Positions 26,654 through 42,274 of a stretch of 64,000 bases of DNA are shown piece after piece. Each line of letters starts with the position of its first letter. Within the stretch, counting starts at the first letter, position 1. The notes under the pieces were generated by a model, which was given only the letters and a program-made list of their open reading frames with translations, was not told where the DNA came from and did not search any database. The stretch is taken from NCBI RefSeq assembly GCF_009914755.1, contig NC_060925.1; one strand, written 5' to 3'. The position numbers and the translations under genes were made by a program. This stretch comes from the human T2T-CHM13v2.0 reference genome, Homo sapiens.

Positions 26654-26983
26654 CAATGGTCCCCAACCTTTTTGGCACCAGGGATGTTTCATGGAAAACA
26701 ATTTTTTCCATGTCAGCAGGGGTGCTGGTTTCTGGATGAAACTGTTCCACCTCATCAGGCATTAGATTCTCATAAGGAGTGCACAGCCTAGATCCCTCGC
26801 ATGTGCAGTTCACAGTAGGTTTCGCGCTCCTATGAGACTCTAATGTCACAGATGATCTGACAGGACGCCGAGCTCAGGTGATAACACTGATTACCGCTCA
26901 CCTCCTGCTGTGGCCTGGTTCCTAAGGGGCCACAGTCACAGTAGTGGTGCATGACCCGGGGACTGGGGACCTGGGGACCCCTA
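26654..26983 (+). mobile_element. MER1B hAT-Charlie DNA transposon
   Basis: caatggtccccaacctttttggcacc...ggggacccct terminal inverted repeats. 8-bp TSD GCAAAGAG / GCATAGAG. Confidence 0.88.
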
Positions 26984-27646
26984 GCATAGAGGAAGGTTAG
27001 CCAGTAGCTTGTACAGAGCCCCTACAGGGGGCAGGGTAACTTCATTCCTAGGTCTGATATACATTTTGTGAGGAACCAAATTTTGACAGTACCCTCTGAG
27101 TTGATTAGGCCCTAGAGGATCGACTTCTACAACCACACTTAAAAGAGATAAACCAGAAATCTAATTTATGTGTTCAAAACAAGATGCCCTTCTTCCCTGA
27201 GTCTTCTGCTAAAAGCGTATCCTTTTCAGTATCACAGCAACTGAGACTGTTTGAAAGCGCGTTTGCTCAATGGGCAAAGAAAAAGAACAAAAGAATTAGA
27301 AGAGTGTTACCTTAGTCTATCTGTGTGCTGTAACAAAATACCACAGACTAGGTAATTTATACACAATTTAAATTGATTTCTCACAATTCTGAAGGCTGAG
27401 AATTCCAAGATCAAAGCATTGGCAACTTTGGTGTCTGGTGAAAGTCTATTCCTCATAAATAGCCTACCATCTAGGTGTCTTTAAATGTTGGAAAGAATGG
27501 AAAGGCTAAAAGCGCCTTAGCTGTTTCCCCCAGCCATTCTATTAGGCATTGAGACATTCATGAGGGCAGAGCTCTTATAACTTAATCACTTCTCAAAGGG
27601 ACCTACCTCTAATACCACCACCGTGGGGATTAAGTTTCAACACATG

Positions 27647-28637
27647 GGCCCAGAATGATGGCTCCCACCTGCAATCTCAGCACATTAGGAGAATCTCTTG
27701 AGCTCAAGAGTTTGAGAGCAGCCTAGACAACATGGAGAAACCCCATCTCTATGAAAAATACAAAAATATACCACCTCACACCAGTCAGAATGGCTATTAC
27801 CAAAAAGTCAAAAAATAACATGTTGGCAAGGTTGTGGAGGAAAAGAAACACTTATACACTGTTGGTGGGGATGTAAATTATTTCAACCATTGTGGAAGAC
27901 AATGTGGCTATTCCTCAAAGGCCTAAAGAAAGAAACACCATTCAATCCAGCAATCCCATTACTGGGGTATATACCCAAAAGAATATAAATCATTCTATTA
28001 TAAAGACACATGTAAGTGTATGTTCACTGTAGCACTATTCACAATAGCAAAGACATGGAATCAACCTAAATGTCCATCAATGGTAGACTGGAAAAAGAAA
28101 ATATGATACATATATACCATAGAATACTATGCAGCCATAAAAAGTAACAAGATCATGTCCTTTGCAAGGACATAGATGGAGCTGGAGGCATTATCCTTAG
28201 CAAACTAACGCAAGAACAGAAAATTAAATACTACATGTTCTCACTTATAAGTGGGAGTTATGTGATGTGAACACATGGACGCATAGAGGTAACAACACAC
28301 ACTGAGACCTATCAGAGGGTAGAGGGTGTGAGGAGGGAGTAGGTTAGGAAAAATAACTAATGGGTACTAGGCTTAATACCTGGGTGATATAATAATGACA
28401 CACAGTTACCTACATAACAAACCTGCACATGTACTCTAGAACTTAAAAGTACAAACAAAAAATTAAAAAATTTGCTGGGTGTGGTAGTTCATGCCTGTAG
28501 TCCCAGCTGCCTGAGAGGCTGAGATGTGAGGATCTCTTCAGCTGGAGAGGAGGAGGTTACAGTGAGTGAGATCACACCACTGCATTCCAGCCTGAGTGAC
28601 AAAGTGAGACCCTATCTCAAAAAAAACAAAACAAAAA
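27647..28637 (+). mobile_element. AluJ split in its central A-rich linker by an L1
   Basis: Left arm 27647-~27766, right arm ~28461-28637. TSD TTCAACACATG at 27636-27646 and 28638-28648. Confidence 0.88.
27768..28460 (+). mobile_element. L1PB/late-L1PA-like 3' end
   Basis: ataccacctcacaccagtcagaatggctatta...cacatgtactctagaacttaaaa. Confidence 0.9.
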
Positions 28638-28917
28638 TTCAACACATGGATTTTGGAAGACATTCAGACCATAGCAGCCTCAAAATTTATTTTATCCAGA
28701 TTATGAAAATGTGTGATGAACTATGCTTGAACAAAATCTAAATCTAACTTTCCAGTAAGCAGAGCATAATGTCACTTGAAATACAATTTCTCTCCATTGT
28801 TTGGACTAAATGAAAAGAAAAATGTCCAATTTTAGTATTTAAATCATTTCTATGAACTTCATATGAAACATTTTAATACAAAATTATGAAACAGGTTTAA
28901 AATACAGAAAAACCGCA

Positions 28918-29035
28918 ATGTATTTGATATATATATATATATATATCAAATACATATATATGTGTATATATGTATTTGTGTATATATGTGTATATATATA
29001 AAACTATATATATATAACTATATATATATATATAA
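28918..29035. repeat. (TA)n-rich low complexity starting with a perfect 38-bp palindrome
   Basis: ATGTATTTG(AT)10CAAATACAT at 28918-28955. Confidence 0.92.
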
Positions 29036-30270
29036 ATTTTAGTGTTATTATGTCCAAGGATAAAACTCAGTCATGTGGAATTTGAGGATCTCCTGTGTTC
29101 ATTAATAATCCACTTATAAGCAATATTTTAAACAAAAGCATTTCTGAAGAAAATCTCTCTCTCTCTGGTTCTCTGTCACACACACACACACATACACATA
29201 TTTTGATTATTGATAGTTACCTTCCTTAATTTTGGCATCAGCACTGTAACTTAAATATACCTCCTTTTAGCTGTGTATATTCTAGTATTTTTTAAAGCAA
29301 ATAAACAAAACCTTTTTGACAATCATTTAAGGAAAATAGGCATGAAAGTTGCCAGGTTCCAAGAACAGAATAAAAGCTATGACCAAAGAAGGTTTTCACT
29401 AAAACTTTTTTCAAAAGTCATTCCTTTCAGACACTTCCTAAGAATAATCAGTAACTCATCACTGAAGGAAACTTCGAGTCATAGGTAATTACTGATAAAT
29501 GTCAGCAAGTTCAATCAAGAACAGAAGGGAAATGTACAAACCTCACCAAAACAGCAACCATCTTTATCTTTAAAAAAGAGTGGTGTGAATGAACATGCGC
29601 CTGTGGAGATGGGAGGGAATTTCATTATCAAACACTCCAGGGCTCTGTGTGAAATGTTTGTAAAATTAAAAATAATGAAATTATGAAAAACTTTCCAACA
29701 GAGATGCCAGCTACAGTACACACTTAGTCATTACTGGCCTCCTCTGATTTACCCACTCATCTATAGTAAATGTGAACAATGTGCACAGGAAGAAATATCA
29801 ACATTTACAAATGGATATTTTGGATGCAATAATAAACACGCTAGAATCAGGATTTTAAGTCTCTGGGTTTTCTATCATTCATGTATAAATTCTCAAAATA
29901 TGAAATCATGAGTGTTTTATTTACCCATATTCTCACTTTTAAAAGCTATGCTGACAGCCTATTCTTTTGTAGAACAGAAGATGCCAAGATGATACAATAT
30001 GGTATCTGCCCATGAAGAGATTTTATTCTATAGAAGAGAAAGTCATATCCGGCATCTCACATGATGAGACAACATGAGAGAGTTTTAAAATCAAGTTATT
30101 CTACTGTCCTTGTTTTTGTCTCCTCACTTGACTTTGGGCTTCCCTAAGTACTCTTGTTCAAAAGTCTGGATCCTGCAGCTCTTTCAGGAATAATTCATTT
30201 TTATGATTATTTTATACCCTGATGATGAGGTAGTTAGGTGATCTTGGAGCTGTGACCTTCACAAATGTTA

Positions 30271-30621
<351 letters not shown>

Positions 30622-30669
30622 TCAGTGGTAGAGGTTTTGTTTGCTCATTTGTTTTTGTTTTGTTTTGTT

Positions 30670-31320
30670 TTTATCTTCAGCCCCCTACTCCTTTCTCTGG
30701 CTGCACCATTCTCAATCTATTTCTGTGAAGCTTTGATTCCTGATGTTTATGTTTTTCCACCACTTAAGACAGGAAGGCAGAAGGAAGTTATCTTCCTTCA
30801 GCTGAGATAGTTTCAGAATTTTGAGCACTGGCAAAATCCTTTTCTTTGGAAAATAAGCATTCGTTGCAGAGAAGGCTATGATCATGTTCATAGTGGTTAG
30901 TCTTCTCCTTCCCTAGCCAGAGCCAAGAAGGGATATTTCTTGGACCTTCGTCATAAAAATCTGGTGGCATTCCTGGAATGAAAGCCCACAGAAATATGGG
31001 GGCTCCCTAAGACTGTAGCCCCAAGGAGGTTCTCATCCTCACACTAGTCTTCACTTGACCTCCAGCAGTTCATTAAAATTACCACTTAAGTATCCCTATC
31101 AGTTCATAGTTCCAGCAGCTTTTGTTCCAGGTAAGAAGATTTCAGTTTCTGTCTCTCTCTAGATGCACTTGTCTCTCCAGACTTTCAAGTGGTGGTTTGC
31201 CCTGTGACCTCATTTCTCTGATGAGTCCAAGACATCATGGTTCAGTTATTTTACTGTCGCTGTAAAAATGGAAATGATGACTTCTAGGCATTTTATTTAT
31301 TGGGGCTGAAACTGGAAGTC
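30670..31320 (-). mobile_element. Probable old L1M 5'-end fragment
   Basis: Resembles mammalian L1M 5' region (gccctgtgacctcatttctctgatgagtccaag...gctgaaactggaagtc). Recognition only. Confidence 0.4.
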
Positions 31321-34276
31321 ACAAGTCATTTTTTATGTACCATATTTATACAGGCATTACTACAGTAATACAATTTCCAACATTCCCATTTAGAGATGAT
31401 TTCCCCTCTTTGAAAGGGTAACAAAATAACAAAAATATGTAAAATTCATCTGAGTCAAAACTTTAAAACACACCTGAAATACACACAGGACAATTTTAAA
31501 TATGATAATATTAAATAAAATAAGACACAACATAAATAAAATCTAAGTAAAGATACAATGTCTTTGCCACACTCCTACCACAGAGTCCAGTACCAGACAA
31601 TGACTTAAACAATAACAAAAAAAAACAAGTATAGCCATGAAAATCGTGACACAAAAGGAAGAAGACTGAGTTTTTTAAGTATGTAACATATTATAGTCTC
31701 CACAACTTAAAACGTACCATTCCTGCATTTTTATAGACCAATAAGATAAATACAAAGTTTAGAAATAGATTTAAATATGTAGAGAAATTTGATATCTAAG
31801 AAAAGAAAGTTGAATTCAAATCAGTGGGGAAAGATGGAATTTTGAAATTAATTATGGTGTGACACATGAATAACCACTAAAAAAAAGATTAATCTAGATT
31901 CTTACCTTGTATTTAGAAGAAAATAAATTCCAAATGCTCCAAAGATTTAAATATTAAAAATGAAACTATACAAGAGCTAACAGGACCCTTGGGCATATTT
32001 CATTCAGACCTCATAGAAGATAGAAATCTCCCTAAATATAACTCAAAATCCAAAAGTAATAAACTCAAACACTTGATAAATCTGACTATATTAAAAAGAG
32101 AATTTTATTAAAACATACACCAGAAAACCATAAGCAAAAGCCAAAAGACAAACTGTGAGACAAATAGAACACAGAACATATAAAAAGTGCTAACATCTCC
32201 CGCATTTAAAGAGTTTTTACAAGTCAAAGGAGAAAGATCAAAACCTGAGGGACAAATGGGCAAAAGCTATACAACAGAGTTCACAGAAAAAAAATAAAAT
32301 GGACTTTAAATATGTGAAACTATAGTCACCCTCGGTTATAAGAGATGGTGAAATTAAATACGCATTTAGAGACATTATAGGACATGAGTTCTTGGAAATA
32401 CTGGTGAAATCTGAATAGAGCCTATAATTTAGTGAATAGTATTCTACCAGTGTTAATTTCCTTGTATTGATAATTGTGCCATGATTATTTGACCTATAAA
32501 CTTTACAGCTAGCTAGGTGAAAGGTATATATAAATTCACATTATTATGCTTTCAATCTTTCTCTATATATGTAATCATTTCCAAATAAAAGGTTACCTTT
32601 TAAACAAAAATCAAGTGTAAAACACTAAAACAAAACAAAACAAAGTGATGAAGAACCACTTCATATTTATTACATGGTAAAAATCTTGATAACGCAATTT
32701 GTTATCAAAAGCTTGATAATGCAATTTTTGGTGAAGGCCTGGGGTAACAAACACTCTCCTTCATTATTGGTGAGAACATAAAATAGAATACCTTTAGAGA
32801 GGGAGATTTTCAGCACAGCATTTATTATTTAGCATTAAATTCATCAAACTCGTATCTGTCCCCAAAATACACAGGCACAAAAATTAAATGACATAGCACA
32901 GGGCTATTGACTACAGCCTATTTATATCGGCAAGTGATTCAAAGCAACCCACATAACCTTAGACTACAAAATGCTCATATAAGTTAGTAGAAAAAGAAAT
33001 AATGGAGATTCCTATTTTCTGATACGCAATAATCTCCTGCATATATTTGTTAAGTAAAAGCAGCAAGGTAAATAAAAATGTTTACAGAACAGTTTGTGTA
33101 CGGAAACTTTTGAAAGGTAAGATGAGAAATACAGATAGAATGTTGCATTTGTATTGTAAGGTAGGAAACTTTAAATATGTGTGGGCGTGTTTATATTTAT
33201 AAAAAGAAACACTAAAAAAATACACATACTTATTATTCTTTGGTTTATTTTTATAAACCAAAGAGTTACATATATGTATATTTATTTATAGATATAGAAG
33301 AACATATATCTATATCTGTATGAAGTGATACATATATATCTGTATAAAGAAGATATATATATACACATATATATGCATAGTATGTATGTATGAAAAGAAT
33401 GAAAAGAGAAGGATGACATGGATAGAAGTAATATTTCCCTGATATTGTTATATATTTTGAGTAATACCAAGTCACATAATAATATCGGGAAAAAATCAGA
33501 ACCACATATTTTGAATACATATCCTTGGTGGAATATATTGTAAGAACAAAAGGAAAAACAAAGAAAATTTAAATGTTATTCAGTAGCCTTATTTTGGTGG
33601 TAACATTGTTACTGATAATGCTAAACCATTTTATGTGCATTGTAGGATATATGAAATAATAAGGGTTTTAGGAAATAATTTCCCATGTAAAGTCATAAAA
33701 TCAAAGCATGATCTTTTTACTTTTCAAAATACATATTTTATTCTAGAAGCAATGACAACTCTACAGCAAAGAACGCCCATCGTGCCCTCATTTTGGATTG
33801 TGAATATTATTTCCAAGTTAAATGAATTAGAGCTCCTTGGAAATGTGACTGATTTTAGGACTGGGACAAGAAATGTACAGATGAGCTTGAACATCTGGGT
33901 GTGCCAGAAATAAATGAAACTAATGGGTTCATTTATAAAAAAATGAAAAAAAGCTAATGGGTTAATTCCTTAATGACCCAGGAGCCACCTTGAAGTTGCT
34001 CGCCTGGGCCAGGATAAGGCGATTTGAGTATTAAGAGGAGAAATAACTGAAATTGATACCTAACACATTGACTATATAAAAACCCAGGAAGTCATAATGA
34101 TAGTAAAAAAGCAAGAGAGAAAATAAAAACAAACAGAGACAAAATACCATGAGTATTAGAGAAACAACTCAATACCATGAAAATTAATAATTATAGGAGA
34201 CAAATTATTTGTCTGGTCCTTCGTACGAACTGTATGTCAGAATAAACAAAAAGTCCTGGTTAATGAGGAAGTTATT

Positions 34277-34414
34277 CTTTTTATTTTATTTTATTCTTTT
34301 GAGACGGGGTCTTACTATTTCCCAGACTGACTTAGAACTCCTAATGTCAAGGAATCCTCCCACCTCAGCCTCCTGAGTAGCTGAGACTATAGGTATAAGC
34401 CACCACTCCCAGCT
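34277..34414 (-). mobile_element. FLAM-like Alu monomer
   Basis: Single ~130-bp arm with T tail, flanked by GAAGTTATT / AAAGTTATT. Confidence 0.85.
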
Positions 34415-34443
34415 TGGAAAAGTTATTAAAAAAAATCCATGTA

Positions 34444-34756
<313 letters not shown>

Positions 34757-35374
34757 TCAAATAGAAGATACAGAATTAGAAAAGATGATTTTGTGATTGC
34801 TATCTAAATAATAGATTTGGGCAATGATCATCAATATATTTGGTAAATGATAATAATATTCATATACTACCAAAGTATTAACATGCTGACCAGTGGGGAA
34901 ACAAGCACTATGTTACAATGAAGGAGCCGTGCTATTGCCTCCTGAAATCAATTAACTATCTTACGATCTCCAGTCATTATGTTCTTCTTGATGTGATACA
35001 TTATTAGGTGAACATCACCATCTGTGAAACATTCTTATCTAAAAAGGGATAAACAATGCAATTAAGCCTTTAGTTGTAACTTTCATTTACATGAACACAG
35101 GCGATGGATACAAATCTGTATGTCGCCCAGTTATTTTAACTGATAAATGCCATGAAAAAAAGGGGGAGTGAGGGGACAAAGTATATTCTATTACATGGTT
35201 TAAGAAGCATAACAATGGCAATGTTTGGACATATTTTAAGATTCTGTGTCAAACTATATGAAGACATTTTTGAGTAATCAAAGAAATTTGAATATGTACT
35301 GAGTATCAGAATATTAAAGTTTTGGTATAATAATGGCATTGTAGAAAATAACCTTCACAAATACATACTAAAGT

Positions 35375-35657
35375 TGTTTTTTGTGTTATTTTTTTCTTGC
35401 AACTTTTCCTTTCTTTTTTTTCTTTTTTTTTTCACTGCAACCTCCGCCTCCTGGGGTCAAGCAATTCCCCTGCCTCAGCCTCCTGAGTAGCTGAGACTAC
35501 AGGCGTGCATCACCACACCTGGCTAATTTTTTGTAGTTTAGTGGAGATGGGGTTTCACCGTGTTGGCCAGAATGGTTTCGATTTCCTGACCTCGTGATCC
35601 ACCCGCCTCGGCCTTCCAAACTGCTGGGATTACAGATATGAGCCACTGTGCTCTGCC
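35375..35657 (-). mobile_element. AluS lacking ~50 bp next to the tail
   Basis: The T-rich tail joins directly to cactgcaacctcc. Flanked by CTAAAGTT on both sides. Confidence 0.9.
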
Positions 35658-35839
35658 TAAAGTTTTAAAAGATACATATTAATGTCTGGATTTTTATTTG
35701 AAATATTTCATCAAAAAAAGTATAAAATGTATAATAAAACATTGCTAATTTTAAAACCAGGAGTTAATTGTATGGAGACTCAATATACTATTCTATCTAC
35801 TTTCAAAATGCAGTGAAAATTAGTGAAAATTGTATCATA

Positions 35840-36176
<337 letters not shown>

Positions 36177-37140
36177 TTACTTTTTTCTCAAGTTATTTTT
36201 TAAAAATAAGCAAAATACATCACAGTAAGTTAAAATTTTCTTTGTAGAACCTGTTGCTATCTAATAATTTTTTACTTTCCATACTTTAATAGTTGCTGCA
36301 ACAAAGAGCCAATCTGAATGAATTACCAATGTCCAAAGCTGGAACACCAAAATAAATAATGTGGTACTGGATTATAACTCAAAATATAAGTATACATGAG
36401 TCTCTACTGATAAAGTATTGAATAAATAAATAGAGGAAAAAAGATAACTCTACCTTATAAAAATTAGAAATAACATGTGTAGATACTCTCCCCTTTAAAG
36501 GTGAACCTTAATTCTGCCCTCTTCCCCTTTGAGGGTGGGCTGAACTTGGTGACTTGCTTCCCATGAATATAGTATGTAAGGGTAATAAAAGTAACTTCTC
36601 AGGGGAAAAACCCATCAAACACAACTGCAGCCAGGTGATCCAGGCCAACTTCACCAATGATAAGTCAGGCTGATGGTATATATGCATTTATATGGTTCAA
36701 TGGGTACTTCACTTCTGTAGTATTCTTCCCCAGAACCCATAACATCCATCTAGTCATGTTAAAGACATCAGACAAATCCAAACTGAGAGATATTCTAGAA
36801 AGCACCCAACCCAATTCCTCAAAATTGCCAAGGTTATGAAAAATGAAAAAATACTAAGACACTATTACAGATAGAGGAAACTAATGGGACACGACTACTA
36901 AATGCATGTGGAATTCTGGATTGGATCCTGGAACAGAAAGATGACATTAACAAATGAAATCTGAATAGCATATAGTTTAATTAATAGCCAGACACCGATA
37001 TTGGTTTCTTAGTTTTGACAAATGTACCGTGATTATTTAAGAAGATAATAATGGTGGAAACTGGCTAGAGCATATGGGAACTCCATACTCCCTTTATAAC
37101 ATTTCAGTAAATGCATAGTTTTTACAAAATAAAAAAAGCT

Positions 37141-37493
37141 ACTGTAGACTGAATGTTTATTCTCCCCCAAATTCATATACTGAAACCTGATCCTCAATGT
37201 GATGGTGCTTGAAAGTAGGTCCTTTGATAAGTGATTAGGTTATGAGGGTGGAACCCTCACGAATGGGATTAGTGCCCTTATAAGAGGAAATCCCGGGAGT
37301 CCCTCATCCCTTCTGCCATGTGAAAACACATGAAAAGACGGCTGTCTAGGAAGTGGGCCTTCACCAGACACTGAATCTGCTGCCACCTTGATCCTGAACT
37401 TCAAAGTCTCCAGAACTGTGAGATACAAATGTTTGTGGTTTATAAATTACCCAGTTTTGGTATCTTGTTATACAAGCCCAAGCAGACTAAGAA
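37141..37493 (+). mobile_element. MLT1A0-like LTR
   Basis: actgaatgtttattctcccccaaattcatat...gggattagtgcccttataaga...cagactaaga. Confidence 0.85.
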
Positions 37494-38009
37494 GAAAACT
37501 TATTAAAAATAAAATAAACTTCTGATTGGCTTTAAAAATACATGGGTTTAAAAATATAGATATATTACTTGTGTTCTAACAAAATTAACAGTTGCGTATC
37601 AGAAAAGAAATCCTTCACAGGACTGCACGTAAGCAGGGACACCATGAAACTGTGTGATAGTAGGGCATAGAGAGTGGGAGATTTGTCAGAAACCAAGAGA
37701 AAGGTTGGCCATTCATATCTTTTATCCAGGTGCAGATTAAAACTTCAATGGCAGAGGAAAAGGAACCTCACAGAGGTCTAGTAAAGTCACAAGGAAAGAG
37801 AGAGATGCTGAACATGGGAAACCACTAAAACATTTTCTCAGCCAAAAGTTGTTTTAAGCCACTTGCAGATAAGCTTAGGAAAGGATTGGAGTTATGAAAA
37901 TATTCCAGTTTCAACCATGCTAATAATATGCTGACAGTGAGCAAGTCATTTAATTTTTCTCATTCTTAACTCTCTCAATTGTGGGATGACGTTCATCCAC
38001 AGCTGTGAT

Positions 38010-38731
38010 TAAAACTGCCTTTCCGAAAATTATGAATGTGAAAGAAATCTGACATAACTCCATCTTGCTTCTGACGTCCAAGCTGCCCTTGTTTATTCCT
38101 GGGCATAGGCCAAGCTTACTTTGGGAGGAATTTAGTTTATAGTTTAAAACCAAGATGATAACAGCCCCTTTCCAAAACTAACCCACTCCTTACTCAGGAA
38201 CTGAAACCACCTTTGTAAAATTAACCCAATTTGCCACAAGGTTAAAATTATGGTTCTGGAATCATGAAGCCAGAGGTCACAAGATTGGTAATCTCCCCTA
38301 TCGCTCCTATAGATAACATCACTATTGTAAAACTTAAGATTTGTGTTTTAGGTATTTTTCAGAGCCTGTATTCTGTTGGACCAGGTGGCACCACCTGGAG
38401 TAGTAATTCATACTAAGAAACTTCCTTCGCTGGTCTTGTGACCCCACCCAGGAACTGACTCAGTGAAAAAAAAGACAGCTTTGACTCCCTAGGATTTCAT
38501 CCCTGGTGCAATAAATGAGCATTCTCCATTACCTAGGCTCCTGCCTGCCAAACTATCCTTGAAAAACCCTAGCCTCTGAATTTTCCAGGAGGCTGAGTTG
38601 AATAATAAACTCCCATTCTTCTTCTTGGCTAGCCCTGCAGTTGTTAAACTTTATTTCTACTGGAATACCACTGTTCCATTGAATCAGCATTATCTGTGCA
38701 GTGGGCAAGAAGAACCCATCAGGTGATTACA
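38010..38731 (+). mobile_element. LTR8-family (LTR8A/8B-like) ERV1 solo LTR
   Basis: aaactgcctttccgaaaattatga...actccatcttgcttct...gggcaagaagaacccatcaggtgattaca. ~720 bp. Imperfect 4-bp TSD TGAT/TAAT. Confidence 0.8.
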
Positions 38732-39131
38732 TAATTCTATGAATTTACAAAGGTAAGTTTTTCAATCTTTTTGGATATATTCAATGAAGTATCAAATTTG
38801 ACAACTACATAAATAATTAAAATATGTTGTAAAAAGGAAGTAAGAATAGTTTTGGGTATTACATATGCTTTAAAGTCTCATTTTGGCAAGTCATTGCATG
38901 TGGTAGGAAATAAATTATCAGACAACTACAATGTATGTACATATAGTCAATTGCAATGACCACAAACAGTTAGTCCTTTAATTCCTGAAATATTCACCAT
39001 ACCGATAGGCTATTACTTACAAGTATCATTCAAACGAGTCACTCAGAGAAATATGTTGAACTGTACCATTAATGTGCAATCACCAAGATCCAGACTGTAC
39101 AGGAAACCACAGCCTTGTTCATCACCAGTTA

Positions 39132-39469
<338 letters not shown>

Positions 39470-39483
39470 AAACAAATTGATAG

Positions 39484-39825
<342 letters not shown>

Positions 39826-40345
39826 TCACATCAAGTTAAAAAAATGGAAAGGAGAAATATATCAAAGGACATATATCTGGGTTACAATCTATAATAATGA
39901 AGTGATCATTATAAAATTCAGGATAATAGTTACCCATGGAGAGATGGAGGATTTGTCATTGTAGTGGGACACATGTCTTCTGGGTGTCTGGCAAAGTACT
40001 TTTTTTTTTTTTTAACCTGGGTAATAGTTACAAGGGTGCTAGTCTTTTATAATAATTTTTATAGCAAACATTTGTGTGGTTTTCAACATTTTTTGTATTA
40101 CAATGTGTACTAAAATCTTCCTGTGTTGCAGAATGCTATGTACTCCATTTACAAAAACAAATATGAAGAAATTTCCTATAGCCAGAGGTTAGAATCAAGT
40201 AGGAAAGAATATAAGTGATAAAATGATTGCAACAGAATCCGGCAATTGTTATGATAAAATTACATTGGATAAAATGAGGCCCAGTGGATGGGGTGGTCAG
40301 TTTTGCCTAGCTAAGTCATAAATAGTTTTGAAAAGAAATAATGCA

Positions 40346-40910
40346 GCATCGTATTCTGTGGTGTATATGTGCCACATTTTCTTAATCCAGTCTATCATTG
40401 ATGGACATTTGGGTTGGTTCCACGTCTTTGCTATTGTGAATAGTGCCCCAATAATGCATGTGTCTTTATAGCAGCATGATTTATAATCCTTCAGGTACAT
40501 ACCCAGTAACGGGATGGCTGGGTCAAATAGTATTTCTGGTTCTAGATCCTTGAGAAAAAAAGGATGAGTTCATGTCCTTTGTAGGCACATGGATGAAGCT
40601 GGAAACCATCATTCTGAGCAAACTATCGCAAGGACAGAAAACCAAACACCACATGTTCTCACTCATAGGTGGGAATTGAACAATGAGAACACTTGGACAC
40701 AGGAAGGGGAACATCACACACCGGAGCCTGTCGTGGGGTGGGGGGAGGGGGGAGGGATAGCATTAGGAGATATACCTAATGTAAATGATAAGTTAATGGG
40801 TGCAGCACACCAGCATGGCACATGTATACATATGTAACAAACCTGCATGTTGTGCACATGTACTCTAGAACTTAAAGTATAATAAAAAATAAATAATAAA
40901 TAAAAATAAA
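40346..40910 (+). mobile_element. L1PA with 5' inversion (twin-priming structure)
   Basis: 40346-40554 is antisense L1 and 40555-40910 is the sense L1 3' end with A tail. 15-bp TSD AAAAGAAATAATGCA at 40331-40345 and 40911-40925. Confidence 0.95.
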
Positions 40911-41077
40911 AAAAGAAATAATGCAATGCCTAAGCTTAATATTTAAAGAGTAATCACTGTATCCAATAGACAAGAAGGTAGAGCAATGTAGAAGGAATGG
41001 GTTATTTTGTCAAAGTATATCTTTACAGGCAAAATCATGACTCTCTTGCAGATATTAAATATTTAAAATTTTATTTG

Positions 41078-41681
<604 letters not shown>

Positions 41682-42274
41682 AAGATGTTATAGCTAATTC
41701 AAAAGAGAATCTGTAAACAGACACATATTGGTCATCAAAAATGTTGAAATAAGTTTACAAACAAATAAAAAGTTAATCAGTATCCATACGAAAATAACCA
41801 AATATTTCCCTGCTGAACAAATCTGCATTTATGTGAAGAAGCATGCTCATTATTATCAGTGTTCAATGATTTATAGAACTATAAAATACCTAAACGACAA
41901 TGAAAAGAGAAAATAACTTCAAAGGGCATACTGGATAGGACACTCAGTAATCTTTTTCCCTTTCAAAGTATTTGAGTAATTTTTTCCGTCAGCATGAAGA
42001 CCAGGTGTTGCAAAACAGCAGGACCCATCCTAAGAAGGGCAAGAATGCAGAACAGCTGGAGTTAAAATGATAGAAGGGATGAGGTGAGAAAAGAGGTTGA
42101 AAAGATGGTTAGGGGCTACATCAGGAAGCTGAGTGAAGCTTTTTATTTTGTTTGTCATTAGGGAATGAGCAGAGGCAAATCTGGATAACCCTGATGATCA
42201 TTTCCTCTTCTTTATCTGTAGTTTAGGAAGAAATTTGCCTAACATTTTGTGACATAGCTCAGTAGAAGAATGTA

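Larger units (their letters stand above)
27305..28676 (-). mobile_element. MST/MLT1A-type MaLR LTR hosting a nested Alu and L1
   Basis: taacaaaataccacagactaggtaatttat...ggggattaagtttcaacacatg | gattttggaagacattcagaccatagca. Confidence 0.8.
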
